A DNA stretch of 64,000 nucleotides from Octopus vulgaris (lineage: Eukaryota). The translations under genes and the position numbers were made by a program. The notes below the pieces were generated by a model, which worked only from the letters and a program-made list of their open reading frames with translations, was not told the DNA's origin and ran no database searches. This document shows positions 26,653 to 41,148 of this stretch, in pieces (positions within the stretch are counted from its first letter, which is position 1; every line of letters begins with the position of its first letter). Where the stretch lies: assembly GCA_951406725.2 (NCBI GenBank), contig OX597826.1, positions 48,236,001 through 48,300,000 on the forward strand, written 5' to 3'.

Positions 26653-26981
26653 ACATATTTCTGAAGAGTTATGTTCATGGTGAAAAAATTCTGCAGCCAG
26701 GAAGAAACAATGCTTAATGAAATAAAACCATCTGCCTTCTAAACGTATTGGGACATTTCCTGAAATTGGCTGCTGTTGAGCATGTGTTTAGGTACGTCTG
26801 ATAACAATAATTCTTTCTAATATAGGCTCAAGACCTGAAAGTTTGTGGGAAGAAGCTAAGCAATTACATTGACCCCAGTGCTTAGCTGGTACTTATTTTA
26901 TCGACACGCAAAAGGATTAACAATAAACTTGCCCCCAGCTTATATTTGAGCTAAGAATATATATATATATATATATATATA

Positions 26982-27309
26982 TTACTCTTTTACTCTTTTA
27001 CTTGTTTCAGTCATTTGACTGCGGCCATGCTGGAGCACCGCATTTAGTCGAACAAATTCTTTGTAAGCCTAGTACTTATTCTATCGGTCTCTTTTGCTGA
27101 ACCGCTAAGTGACGGGGACATAAACACACCAGCATCGGTTATCAAGCAATGCTAGGGAGACAAACACAGACACAAACACAAACACATACACACATATACA
27201 TATATATATATATACATATATACGACAGGCTTCTTTCATTTTACATCTACCAAATCCACTCACAAGGCTTTGGTCAGCCCAGGGCTATAGCAGAAGACAC
27301 TTGCCCAAG
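26982..27309 (-). mobile_element. Family A SINE, 5'-truncated
   Basis: Reverse-complement copy ending at GACACTTGCCCAAGA. Confidence 0.9.
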
Positions 27310-28253
27310 ATCTGATGGGTTTCTTTCAGAATGTATGTGTATGTAAACTGTGATTAAGCTAGGATGGTGCCTTGAAAGGTTTAGTCGAACCAATCAACAC
27401 CAGTAATCATTTTTACATTTTAAAATCTGGTTTTCATTTCACTGACCTCTTTTGCTGCACCACTAAGTTACAGAGACATAATTAAACCAGCACTAGTTCT
27501 CAATCAATGGTTGAACACGCACACACACACACACAGAGGCACATACAGACACACACTCAGTTTCTGATCTGACTTCTCAGCCATGGCTGAAAGCGAGCTA
27601 TGTTTTAAGTCATTTCAGATTCCGTAGTTAATATGTGCTCGAAACAACCTGTTTCCTGATATCTTACAGAAACACAGTGTGACATAAAACTACAGATTCG
27701 TTCGTTGTAGTCGTTTCTTTCAAGTTGTATTGAAAAATTGCTTTTCATTCTATTTTGTTTTGTTTTTCTGAACAGTTTAATAACCCAGACCCACAGAAAT
27801 TCACAAGAGACCTTCTGTAAAATAAAATCTCTTGAGATAAACAGGAAATCACAAAAGAAGCAAGCAAAACAAACTCTATGAAGAAGAGGAATTAGTTAAA
27901 AGACAAAATACTTATTATTCTTATTTCTGCTGGTAAGTTGCAAAAACCCAGAGAATCACAGCATGTATCACAGACCATATTGTTTTGATGATGGAATTAA
28001 ACTGAATAATTCTTCAAATCTTCAGTGATGATTGCGATGATGATGGCGGCGGTGGTGGTGGTGGTGGTGGGGATGCTCAATTACAAGAGCAGTCTTCTCT
28101 TCAATTTATCGTTCATTCACTTTACCCCTTTCTACATCATTTCACATACATATATGTAAATATATATATATATACATACATATATATTTATATATATATA
28201 CATATATATACATATATATACATATATATATATATACATATATATATATATGC

Positions 28254-28299
<46 letters not shown>

Positions 28300-29057
28300 G
28301 TACATACATTTATATATATTTATATATATATGTACACATGTATGTGTAAATATAATATATATACATGTAAATGTATATATATATACATGAATACATATAT
28401 GTGTATATGTAAATGTATATATAATATTATATGTGTTTGGACACACAAGTATATGTATGATCATGTATATATATATATATATATTATATGTATGTACATA
28501 TATATATATATGTATGTATATATATATATATGTATAGATACATACATACATATGATGATGATAATGGTAATAATGATAATATGTGTATGTGTCTGTGTAG
28601 ACTTTTATATGGCTATATACATATGTATGTATGTATGTATATATGTATGTATACACATCTTCTGTGTATACATTCTGTACAGAATGAATCCCCATTTTGT
28701 TTGCATATTTTCATAGCCCCATTTCCTTACCCTTTTATCATAATTTATTCATGTTCTGATGTAAACTTTAGAAATATTTTCTCACGTTTACTGAACTAAA
28801 GTTCCTTTATGTTGTTCTTCTTCCCTTTATTCTTATTCTTTTTTATTCATTGTATGAATGAAAGTGTGTGTATTTTTCTATGTTTATTGTTATAGATGTG
28901 TGTGTGTGTGTACATATATATATATATTTTTATATATATATATATACAAATGTACATATATATATATACACATATATAAACAGATAGCCAGATAGGTAGA
29001 TAAGCAACATATATGTATGTGTATATATTCATACATATATATATGTGTGTGTGCATA

Positions 29058-29104
<47 letters not shown>

Positions 29105-29203
29105 ACACATATACAAAGTATATGTAAATATACCTATATGTTTATAAACGATTATTTTTCTGTGTATATATATAATTTTTTAAATCTATACATATATATA
29201 TAG

Positions 29204-29248
<45 letters not shown>

Positions 29249-29375
29249 GGATGACCAGACCACTAAGTGGACATCCATTATGCTAGATGTAGACCCCATA
29301 TGGTCTGACCACTAAGAAAAGATTGTTCTCAATTTTTGACCCTTATTATTTAAATATATATATATATAAATCTAC

Positions 29376-29453
<78 letters not shown>

Positions 29454-29732
29454 CATATATATATATAGATATATATATATTGCACAAATACAAATAACAG
29501 GACATAACAACAGATGTCTTTAGACTGGGTACAGGATGTCACCAACACTGCAAATACCATGAAATACATAAAGAAATGAGTTAAATACGTAAACAATGAG
29601 AAAAAAGGGAAAATAGGACCGGTAGACACAGAGAAAGGACCCTTCATCAGTTGCTGGCTGTCTATCTACTCCTCATTTTAAGCATTATAGATATACATGT
29701 GTATATCTTTTAAATTTGTCCACGGGAAACGT

Positions 29733-30026
29733 TTTGAATATGCAAATAAAGCTCCTATTCCATTATGGTGGCCACAGTCTAATGATGCTGACTAGTGAAC
29801 CAGCTGTTTGGGTTCGCACTGAGCTGTACCAATATAATGCATGATAAACTTAGTAATGATAAGTAGCGGTGCATTAAAATATATATAAATTCAATCCAAG
29901 GATTACTATGTTTATCATGCATTATATTGGTACAGCTCAGTGCGAACCCAAACAACTGGTTCACTAGTCAGCATCATTAGACTGTGGCCACCATAATGGA
30001 ATAGGAGCTTTATTTGCATATTCAAA
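29733..30026. repeat. Near-perfect 125-bp inverted repeat with a 44-bp spacer
   Basis: Arms 29733-29857 and 29902-30026 differ at two positions. Confidence 0.95.
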
Positions 30027-30173
30027 TACAAATAACAGGACATAACAGGAAAGAAAACTTCGAATGACCCATCCTTGTTTTCTTTGTATCTTCTATCTGG
30101 ATGTTTTGTTGTCCCCTTTTTTGTATCACTTAACTATCTGTATGTCTTGCTTTCTTGTCCCATTCTGTATTTC

Positions 30174-30208
<35 letters not shown>

Positions 30209-30239
30209 AATATAAAAATATATATATATATATATATCA

Positions 30240-30465
30240 TTTGTAGAAATACATAACTCCAGGGGAGAAACATGCACTAAGATGTAGAGAAGCTGATGTT
30301 ATAATGGGACCCAGTTTATTGGGTTACCCTGGGTTTCTTGCTCATAAGGAGTTTAGCCTTATGCCACATCTTCAGACCACAAACACTGCTGGCCTAAGAC
30401 CTCTTCAAAATTTGGAGGGGGAAATGTCTCTCTATAAAAGTAAACACTAGGTGATTACCTCCTTT
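30240..30465 (-). mobile_element. Penelope-like terminal-repeat fragment
   Basis: Hammerhead immediately followed by AATAAA on the minus strand; the 3' end runs into (TA)n. Confidence 0.55.
30322..30378 (-). ncRNA. Type-I hammerhead ribozyme, intact core
   Basis: GGT-CTGAAGA-TGTGG-CATAAGG-CTAAACT-CCTTATG-AGCAA-GAAA-CCCAGGG-TA-ACC. Stem I is GGT/ACC, stem II contains a perfect 7-bp helix, stem III is the near-palindrome ACCCAGGGT and the triplet is GUA. Confidence 0.7.
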
Positions 30466-30477
30466 TGTTATTGGTCA

Positions 30478-31118
30478 TCAACCACTCCAAGGGTGTAGTG
30501 GGTGCTTTTACCTGCCACTGGCATAAGGGCCAGTCAGGCAGTACTGGCAACGGCCATGCTCAAGTGGTGTTTTTTATGTGCCACTTGCAAAGGAGCCAGT
30601 CCAGTGACACTGGCAACGACCTCACTCAACTTGTTTTTCACATGCCCGTAAGGTGACGCTGGTAATGATCATGCTTGAATGGTGCTTTTTACATGCCACT
30701 GGCATGGGAGCCAGTCAGTGGAACTGGCAACAATCACACTCGAATGGTACTCTTAGCACTCCACTGGCATGGATGCTAGTCATGCAATGTTGTCATCGAA
30801 TTTGATTTCAATTTCACTTGCCTCAACAGGTCTTCACAAGCAGAATTTAGTGTCCAATGAAGGAAAGGTACACATAAGTGGGCTAGTTACACCACTGACT
30901 TAGGTCACGGATTATGGTGTCACTTGGCTTGCCGGGTCTTCTGAAGCACAGCATATATCTAAAGGTCTCAGTCACTAGTCATTGCCTTAGTGAAGCCTAA
31001 TGTTTGAAGGTCATGCTTCACCACTTCATCCCAGGTCTTCCTGGGTTTACCTCTTCCACAGGTTCCCTCAACCACTAGGGCATGACACTTCTTTCCACAG
31101 CTATCCTCATCCATTACC
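30478..31118 (-). mobile_element. 5'-truncated older copy of the RTE family
   Basis: Minus strand translates MDEDSCGKKCHALVVEGTCGRGKPRKTWDEVVKHDL, paralogous to 55665-55940, followed by about five degenerate 60-bp 3' UTR units. Confidence 0.85.
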
Positions 31119-31151
31119 TTTGGGCCTTCTTGACACCATTACCTCTCATAA

Positions 31152-31191
<40 letters not shown>

Positions 31192-32219
31192 CACACATAT
31201 ACATACATATATATATATATAGAGAGAGAGAGATAGATAGATAGATAGATAGATAGATAGGCACACAGAGATAATAGCTATATATATATATGTATATAAA
31301 TACATATATATATACATATATATACATATATATACCTACATATACATTTACTTACATATATATGATGGGCTTGTTTTAGTTTCCATTTCCAGATCCTTTC
31401 ACAAGGTCTTTAGTTGTTCCAATAGTTATAACAGAAGCCTCTTAATCAAGATACCATGCATCGGAACTGAACTCAAACCACTTGGATGAAAAATAAGCTT
31501 CATAACAATACACCTATTCTTTCTTTCAGCATAAAAGCAGTCGCAACAGTCATGGTGGTGGTGGTGGTGGTGGTGGGTGGTTTTGCTGGTGGCAGCAGTG
31601 GTATTAGTTGTAAGTCCTGCTGTTGTTGTGATTGCTTGAATTCTTATTGTTATTGTTGTTGTTATTATTTTTGTTATTATTTCTTTGTATTCGCTTTGTT
31701 ATTGTTACTGTCAGAGTTTCATTTCAGTTTCTATTTTTGTTGTTGTTGTTGTTGATGTTGGTAGTGGTGGTGGTGGTGGTGGTTGTGGTGGTAGCGATGG
31801 TGGTGGTGGTGGTGGTGGCGGTGGTGGCGGTGGTGGCGGTGGTGGTGGTGGCAGTGGTGGTGGCGGTGGTGGTGGTGGTTGTGGTGGTGGTGGTGGTGGT
31901 GGTGGTGGCGGTGGTGGTGTAGCTATTGTTGTTGCTTCCATTGTTCCATAAGTATTTGTATCACTGGGAAAATATTCACATGTCATCAGTTTTAGGTGTC
32001 AAATCTTTGAATGATATTTATTTTATTTTGTTTTGTTTCGTTTTATTTCTGTCTTTTACTAAAATCTTGTATATCCTCTCAGTCATTCTAAAATCTGGCA
32101 ACTACAAATAAACCTATAGTGAGTTAAAGAGGTTTCATAATACTGAAACATGTCTATAGTTGTCTCCCTAGTTGTCAAATATCCTATTGCATTTCTTCCT
32201 TCTTTTTGTTTGTTTTTAA

Positions 32220-32437
32220 CCCTTTAGCATTCAGATTATTGCCTAACGTAATCATTTTTCCATCCACATTGTTTTGAATTAATCATGCATTATCTTTTAG
32301 GTTTGAGATTCTGATGACATGATTGTTTATATTTAGAATGACATTGTAGGTTAGGTGTGATAGGTCAGATGCATCCATTTTGAATATCAAACAATTAGAA
32401 TATATGGGCCAAATACAGCTGGTTTAAATGCAAAGAG
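32220..32437. mobile_element. TTAA-flanked MITE (piggyBac-like)
   Basis: TTAA-CCCTTTAGCATT...AATGCAAAGAG-TTAA; partial relatives at about 25330-25444 and 45779-45905. Confidence 0.7.
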
Positions 32438-32489
32438 TTAAATCAATTTGGATTTCAGATTTCTTTCTTGTTTCTGACCAAAGTTATCA

Positions 32490-32910
32490 TACTCTCTTTT
32501 ACTCTCTTTTAGTTGTTTCAGTCATTTGACTGCGGCCATGCTGGAGCACCGCCTTTAGTTGAGCAAATCGACCCCGGGACTTATTCTTTGTAAACCCAGT
32601 ACTTATTCTATCGGTCTCTTTTGCCGAACCGCTAAGTGACGGGGACGTAAACACACCAGCATCGGTTGTCAAGCAATGCTAGGGGGACAAACACACACAC
32701 ACACAAACACTCACACATACATATACATACATACATATACATATATACGACAGGCTTCTTTCAGTTTCCGTCTATCAAATCCACTCACAAAGCATTGGTC
32801 GGCCCGGGGCTATAGCAGAAGACACTTGCCCAAGATGCCACGCAGTGGGACTGAACCTGGAACCATGTGGTTGGTTAGCAAGCTACTTACCACACAGCCA
32901 CTCCTGCGCC
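32490..32910 (-). mobile_element. Family A SINE, young full-length copy
   Basis: CpG-rich and close to the in-window consensus. Confidence 0.92.
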
Positions 32911-33448
32911 TATGTTAATGAATTTTTTCTTCATTATGGATGGGGTGGACTCTGTGTTTTATTAAATTCTTAATCAGAATTAAAGAGCCTCAGAAACCGT
33001 TTGGAGGAAAGGAACAAGGAAGCTATCCTCATGCCTGGTAGCTATAACAGAGTTCTTGGGTTGGCAATGCTAAAAAGACCTAAGTAGCTAAGTAATGGCA
33101 TTAAAACAGGTTTGAATTCAATCTGCCACCTAGGCAAGCCTTGGTGGAGTTTGAACACAGATTGTAAAGAGGCAGAACAAATACCTTAAGTCATCTGGTC
33201 TAATCTCCTTACAGTTCTACTAATCTATCATCTTGGATTTTTCAACCACCCCACCTCACCCCCACCCAAAATGATGAAATGCAAATGTAACTTTGACAGG
33301 ATTTGAACACGGGTGTCAAAGAATTGTCACAAAACCACAAAGCATCATTTCTGTTGCTCTAATGACCCAGCTTAAATTAAACAGATCTGATTTCTCACTA
33401 TATTAAATATTGGCGACCCTAGCAAATTTGTCCATGTCATCACGTTAG

Positions 33449-33656
33449 TACTCTTTTACTTGTTTCAGTTATTTGACTGTGGCCATGCTGAAGCACTGCC
33501 TTTAGTCAAGCAAATCGACCCCAGGACTTATTCTTTGGATGCCTAGTACATATTCTATCAGTCTCTTTTGCTGAACCACTAAGTTACAGGGACGTAAACA
33601 CATCACCATCAGTTGTCAAGCGATGTTGGGGGACAAACACAGACACACAAACATAT

Positions 33657-33703
<47 letters not shown>

Positions 33704-33868
33704 TACAATGGGCTTCTTTCAGCTTCCATCTACCAAATCCACTCACAAGTCTTTGGTCGGCTCGAGGCTATAGTAGAAGACAGTTGTCCAAGGTGCCATG
33801 CAGTGGGACTGAACCCGGAACCATGTGGTTGGTAAGCAAGCTACTTACCACACAGCCACTCCTGCACC
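33449..33868 (-). mobile_element. Family A SINE, full length
   Basis: Same layout and orientation as 32490-32910. Confidence 0.9.
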
Positions 33869-34019
33869 CTTTAACTTTATGTGAAGTTTGTACAAGTGTG
33901 TATGCATGCATGTGTGTGTGTGTTTGTTTGTGTGCATAGAGAGAGGGGAGGGTGTAGTATGCCACCCCCCTCTTCTCTTTACTCCTTGTAGTTCTGAAAT
34001 TTAATTCCTGTTTTTAGGT

Positions 34020-34810
34020 TTGTTTTTACTGTTATTGTTGTGCTTTTGATTGTTGCTATCTTTACCGAAGTTGCTATTGCCACTGTTGTTTTTGTTGCCA
34101 ATCTTCATATTGTTGCTGTTGCTAACGTTGTTCCGTATTATTGTTTCCATTGTTGTATACTGTTGCTATTTCACTTGCTGCTGTGTCACTAGTGTTGTAG
34201 AAGCTGCTATTTCTGTTCACCTTGCTGTTGCTAATGTTGTCCCATATTGTTCTATGCATTGCAGTTGCTATTGTTCTTGATGTCATCGCTACTGATGGTG
34301 AAGTTATTTGCTTACATTGCTATTTTGTTGATATTGTTGCAATCACTATTACACTGTCATCATTGTTGTTGATATTGTTGGTGCTAATGTTTGGTGTTGG
34401 TTACATTTTCGTTGCTTTTGAAGTTGATGGTATTGCTCTGGTTGTTGATATTGTTGCTATTATCATTGTTGATGTTGTTATTGCTATCGATTTTATAGTT
34501 GTTGTTGCAACTGATTTTGAAGTTGTTGGTGTTGTTGTTATTGCTATTGTGGTGGACACTGTTGCTATTTTTGCTGTTATCACTGTCAATGTTTTTGTTG
34601 CTATCGATTTTATAGTAGTTATTGCAAAGTTATTGATGTTGTTGCTATTGCTGTCGAAGTTTTTGTTATTGTGGTTGACGTTATTGTTGTAATTATTGCT
34701 GATGTTGATGTTATTGTCTGTTGACATTGCTTTTGTCACTGCTGCTGTGTTGCCATTGTTGTTGCTGCTATTGTTGCCAATCTCATTGGTGGTGGTGGTG
34801 GTCATGGTGG
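34020..34810. repeat. Cryptic (GTT/GCT/ATT)-type low-complexity tract
   Basis: Degenerate triplet periodicity that produces hydrophobic pseudo-ORFs. Confidence 0.85.
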
Positions 34811-36274
34811 AGGTATACATATACGTGTGTGTGTGTGTGTGTGTGTGTGCATATGTTTATGTAAGAAGGAGCTTTTTTCCTCACTTCCCCACACTCATCG
34901 ACCCTCCACCCTCCCCCTTCTTAATCCTTGTTGTTTTGTTTTTCCCAAAATCTGAAGAGATGGCTACCCCGAGTAAAGAAACAGCTGCCATGATATCAAA
35001 GGGCTTGAGTGAGTCACTAATTAAATGTATGCATGTTTCCATCAGCACGAGGTGGCATGTGAACAGTGCTTCGTGAAATATTTCACAATTTAAAAATGCA
35101 TAGCATTTATTTTCTTTCTTTTGTTTTCATTTTATTTATTCATTTATTATTAGCTTTTTTTTTTATTTTTGTTTTATTTTGTTTTTGGTTGCAATTTTCC
35201 CTTGCAGCAGAAACACATTTGCAGATAGTTCTAATTATAACCACCTTGCAGTACCCTTGAGAATCTGCCTGTTAGATATTTGCATCCCTCATACACTAAC
35301 TCCCTTCTTTCTTTCACTGTCTTGCTCTTTCTCTGTTGCCTTCTTCTTCTTCAGACGTGCCTCCCCACCTACCCCTCTCTCTCTCTCTCTTTTTTCATTT
35401 TTCTTTCTTCGGATTCCTTAACTTTCTCCCTTCTTCCCCCCACCTCTCCCCTTTGCTCTTTCATTCCTTTTTTTATGTCACTGTGTTTCATGTTTTTATT
35501 TTTATTATTTTTATTTATTATAACAAAGAATTTGCATTGTCAGACAAATTTAACAACAAAAGTCATCGTCGTCATTATTATCATTGTCCTCATCATCGTC
35601 ATCATCATCATCGTCATCATTATCATTGTCGTCATCATCATCATCATCATCGTCGTCGTCATTATTGTCATCCTTCTCCTCCTCCTCATCATCTTCGTTG
35701 TCATCATCATCCTCATCATCATTATCATCATCACCACCACGACCATCACCAATACCATCCTTGTCATCATCATCATCATTAACATCACCACCACCACCAC
35801 TACTATCAGCATCATTATTGCCTATTTCATCACCAGCATTCCCATCATTATTATCCAACTTCTTCATCTTCTCCAACAGCACCATCTCCATTATTGTACG
35901 TTTTATATCTGCTCATGTATGAGGTGAATGAGTCCACAGAATTCTCAAGAATTATGCAAGAATTACTGAAAAAAAACAACAAATTGCATGGTATTCCTTA
36001 TAGGAAGAATTTGACAAAATCCCCACAAAAATAATTGTCGTTATGGTAATGGGAACTAAAATAGGCAAGTTCAAAGTTTGTTTGCTTAGATTTCCTGTAG
36101 ACATTTGGCATGGCTGTGTGTTAAAAAGTTTGCTTCCCAACCACATGGCTCTGGGTTCAGTCCCACTGTGTGGTACCTTGGGCAAGTGTCTTCTACTATA
36201 GCCCCCAAGCTAATCAAGACTTTGCAAGTGGATTTGATTGAGGGGAACTGAAAGAACCCCATTATACATGTACG

Positions 36275-36325
<51 letters not shown>

Positions 36326-36462
36326 ATATATATATATATTGGCCTGCTCACTTAGCCAGTGGGGTGGCATCATTTGAAGGCTAAAACAATGCAAAACGCA
36401 TTGTGACCAGCGATGTGTAGCAACATCTGATAGCCTGGTCAGTCACAGTGATCATGGTGATA

Positions 36463-36657
<195 letters not shown>

Positions 36658-36678
36658 GTGTGTGTGTGTGTGTGTTTA

Positions 36679-36880
36679 CAAGGGGGTGGTAAAATCTGGC
36701 TTTGGGTAAAAGAGAATACATGAGGATCAGTCAATTATTATTTTATTCAACATATTTCCCTCTCAGATTCTCACACTCATTGCAGCGGTCCTTCTGTTTT
36801 TCCAAGAACTCAGAAAGTTGGGCCTCTAGCCAGGCCTTTCATGATACCCTTAAAGCCAGGAACTTTTCAGAACCCCCTTG
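36679..36880. mobile_element. Mariner-type MITE
   Basis: TA-CAAGGGGGT...TGGCTTT / AAAGCCAGGAACTTTTCAGAACCCCCTTG-TA; TIRs with a TA TSD. Confidence 0.8.
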
Positions 36881-36928
36881 TATATACATATCAACATGTA
36901 TATGTGTGTGTGTGTAAATATATGTATA

Positions 36929-36962
<34 letters not shown>

Positions 36963-37056
36963 AATGTATGTATGTATGTGCGTGTGTGTATATATATATA
37001 TATACACACACTCACACACACATATAAATATATGTATATATATATTGGTGGGGTGA

Positions 37057-37431
37057 GGTGCAATGCCCCAGTGGTTAAGGCAGTGGACTCACAGTCATAG
37101 GATCACGGTTTTGGGACCCAGACTGCACATTGGGAGTGTTTATTGAGCAAAAACACTTAAAGCTCCATGAGACTCCAGTAGGGGGTGGTGACGAATCCTG
37201 CTATACTCTTTCACCACAACTTTCTCTCACCCTTCTTGTTTCTGTTGTACCTGTATTTCGAAGGGCCAGCCTTGTCACACTCTGTGTCATGCTGAATCTC
37301 CCTGAGAACTACAGTAAAGGAACACGTGTCTGTGGAGTGCTCAGCCACTAGCACATTCATTTCACAAGACAAGAAGGCTGTTCCATGGATTGGATCAACT
37401 GGAACCCTTGTCGTCAAAGCTGACAGAGTGC
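37057..37431 (+). mobile_element. tRNA-head SINE (CORE-related group)
   Basis: Head with CAGTGGTTAAGG; the 3' part (CTTGTCACA...GTGCTCAGCCAC...GACAGAGTGC) is shared with 60785-61220. Confidence 0.75.
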
Positions 37432-37484
37432 TGTAAAATATAGGGGTGTAATAGCATGGTTTGGTAAAAAGACAAATAATAATG

Positions 37485-37845
37485 AGATTATTGTATACAG
37501 TGCTCAGGTGCACAACTTGTCAGAAAGTGTGTATAAAGTATATGCAGTAATGTACAAATGTCTGGAAAGCAAACAATGTATGAGTCAGATACATGCTTGT
37601 GTGTGTATGGAGGGGAGAAAATCAGGTGTAGTGTTGGCGAATCTCAGAAAGCATGGAAGTTTTGAAGGATGCAGTGCTCCGACAACTAACAACTGATGTC
37701 GGCAGTTTGTTCCATGCTTCAGCAACTTACAGCGTGAAAAAATGTTTCCTAAAGTCATGGGAGCTGTGCTGTTTTCTGACTTTGTAAATATGTCCACGGG
37801 TGTTAGACGGGTGGAATTTGAAAAGGTGCTCAGAGTTATTGTTTG
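37485..37845 (-). mobile_element. CR1-type LINE 3' end
   Basis: Minus strand reads NTRGHIYKVRKQHSSHDFRKHFFTL*VAEAWNKLPTSVVSCRSTASFK, the TRGH...FF...WN.LP..VV...FK motif of CR1 ORF2 C-termini. Confidence 0.85.
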
Positions 37846-39290
37846 TGCCAATCTTAAAAAGGGGAAAAGAAGTACAGGTTTCAAACTTGGGTTACCATGA
37901 CCCCAACGTGGGGTCCTAAACACAAGATGATCATGGCTAATTGTCCAGTTGTATCCTTGTCTTAATATCATATAATGGTTATAAGAGGGCATCACCATCC
38001 TACAAGCAAGGTTATTTGTTCCCTGTTGTCTATGAGAAATTTATTTGGTCATGGGAAAGTACAACATTACTTGGAAACAGGCAAGGTTTGGTGACAGTCA
38101 TAGGAAATCTGCCTCAACAAACTCATCTGACCTATGCAAGCTAGGGAAAGTGGATGTTAAAATGATGATGATGGTGATAGTAAGAATGAATTTTAAATAC
38201 AGTGGTAATTATTTCAAGCTCAATCTAGAACTGTGTACGTATACATGAAGGAATATGAGACCTAATGATGAGGATCAGCATCCAAGCCATTGTAGAGGTA
38301 CCTAAAGTCTTCCACTATTTTCTCTTAGGGATTCTGCCCATTTTCTGACCATAGTCCAGTTGTATAGCAATCTCACAGATTTTGATTTGTCTATTATACG
38401 TGAAAGCACATATCCAGATGGTTAGGGTGTTGCACTCAAAATCACCAGATCATGGGTTCAATTCCTGAACCAGGTAACACTTCATTTCATGTTGTTCTAC
38501 TACAGTGTGGAGACCAGAATGTCAAAGAATAAACCCAACGTTTCTTCTGTGTGCTGAAAAGGCAACTAAAATAAGGTGAGGAGGGATTTGCACTCTGACC
38601 TCATAAAACCCTCACCAGCAATAATAAAACTGGCGAAACAGACCTATGAGTTGGAGGGTTGTCACCTGAGTAATGCAAAAATGCCATCCACCCGGATGCA
38701 GCGATGCACTGTCACAGTGCATTCACCCATTTTACTACAGCTCATACTACTATGATTCATGTCAGTGGTTATAGTGAACTGTCTCCTAGGTTTGAAGATG
38801 AAACAAGCAGCAGTTTGTCCTCAATGCTGGTTTCCTCTTCTTAAAATTTCTTCATCGATTGCACATTGCTCTCATTAATGAAGTCCTCTCTTTAAGCAAC
38901 CTGTTGCCATCTGCGGATGTCAGAGAGCCTGCATCCCTTCCTTCATTGAGAATTCAATAGCCAAACATGGCCTCTGCATAGAAGCCTTCATATTTTCTCT
39001 CAACGAAAGAGAACAGGAAGGAAAATTACTACAGAGAAAGATTTTCTCTACTAACATATACAATTTGAATGACCAACACTCATTGATAAAAAGAAAGCCT
39101 GCGTGTGTACATATATGCACTCTTATAAGTGAATGTATATATAGTGAATATATATGTGTTTATATGTATGCGTATGTATGTCTGTATGTATCTGTCTATC
39201 TATATACCTATCTATCCATCTATTTATCTATCTATCTATTTATCTATCTTTCTATCTATTTATCTATCTATCTATCTATCTCTATCCCTC

Positions 39291-39360
<70 letters not shown>

Positions 39361-39490
39361 CGAGTATGTATGTTTGCATATATATATATATATGCATACA
39401 TATGAATAGAGGCTAATGTATACATATGCATATATATATATGAACAGATGATCACACATACACACATACACTGGTTGGAATGGACATGCA

Positions 39491-39548
<58 letters not shown>

Positions 39549-40134
39549 CACACAAATTCTATACACTTTGATTGTATATGTGCATTTATACACACGTACA
39601 TATGTGTGTAAATGGATGCAATGTCCAAATCAACATTCTTAATACCTTAATACTTCTATAAGCAATTTCAACTTAGAGATTAATAGCTCTCCTCCAACCC
39701 TAGGTCTTAATTAAGTCTCCCCATAATTAATATACTCATGCAAACCCCTTCACTGACTCATAACTGGACAGCCTCATGCTGTTCCACTTAAACACTTCAT
39801 TTTGAAAACATATATATTGAGGTATTTTCTCTTTTTTTTCCCTTTTTTGCCCAAATTGTGATTCTCATTGCCAGCAGAATTGATGTGTCATATAATGTTT
39901 TCATAAACACTTTCAGCTTTTGACCAATTTCTTATGGGGTCAATTGACCGCCACCTCCTTCTCTCTTGTTTTCATGTAGAATGATAAAGCACCCTGTATA
40001 TTTAGTGACTAAATCGTTAATTACCTACTGTCAATAATTGTTGATGGCAATTATGAGTGGCTTACAAGAATCATCATCTGGAGCAGTAACACAAATTTTC
40101 TGGGTCTGGGGAAAATGGTAAAAATAAATCGCTG

Positions 40135-41117
40135 TCATCATCATCATCATCATCATCATCACCAATAACAGCATCTTCGTCGTCATCATCACCACCACCA
40201 CTCTCTCTGTCAATATGATCGTCATCTTTCCCATTTCCATTCATCAGTATCATCATCATCATTGTCATCAATGTTGTCCTCATCATCATCGCCATCGTCA
40301 TCATCATCATCATCATTATCACCACTGTCATCATCATCATCACCACCACCAATGTCAACATGATCAGCATCTTCCCATCTCCATATTCATCAACATCATT
40401 GTTGTCATTGCTATCATCGTCATCATTATCCTCATTATCAATATTATCATCATCATCATTGCTATTGTCATCATCCTCATCATTATCATTGTCATCAGCA
40501 TCATGATCTTCATCATCATCATCATTCCCATCATAATCATTAGCCTCATCAACAATATCACCACCACCACCAATCATCATCATCATCATCTTCATCACAA
40601 TCTCCATCATCATCATCATCATTACCACCATCATCAAGATCATCATCATTGTCATTATCATCTTCAATATCATCATCATAATTACCATCTCCTTCACTAT
40701 TATCTGTGTTGTTATTACTGAATTGCTTCAAACCATCCTTGATACCATAATCTTATTACCAATGCATTCCAGACATGACAATCCTGTATTTTTATTTATT
40801 TTTGTTTTTGTTCTACACATAATGCATCCAGAACTTTATCATTAAATTTGTTTTCTTGTTATTGTTTTCTTTTTTGTTTTTATAAGATAGCAATATGCAA
40901 TTGAAAGATCTTGCTGCTATTTCCAGCAGGTTGATGGATAGTGTAGTAACTAACCACCATCTCATTTACATTTCATGATCATCATCATGATCATGATCAT
41001 CATCATCATCATCATCAACATCATCACTGTCACATCATCATCATCATCATTGCCATCACCATCGTCCCCCTCCTCCTCCTCATCATCGTCATCATCACCA
41101 TCATTATCATCACCATT

Positions 41118-41148
<31 letters not shown>

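Noticed and set aside
32676-32918. Recurrent ORF ...ASFSFRLSNPLT...[17 protein letters not shown] seen at many loci
   Set aside because: It is the antisense translation of SINE family A, not a gene family.
34952-34990. CTGAAGA...GAAACAGCTGCC
   Set aside because: No credible stem II or stem I, and no UH cleavage site.
38500-39060. Complex unique-looking sequence, possibly an exon or an old LINE
   Set aside because: Frames are interrupted by stops and only faint RTE-like motifs are visible; left unannotated.
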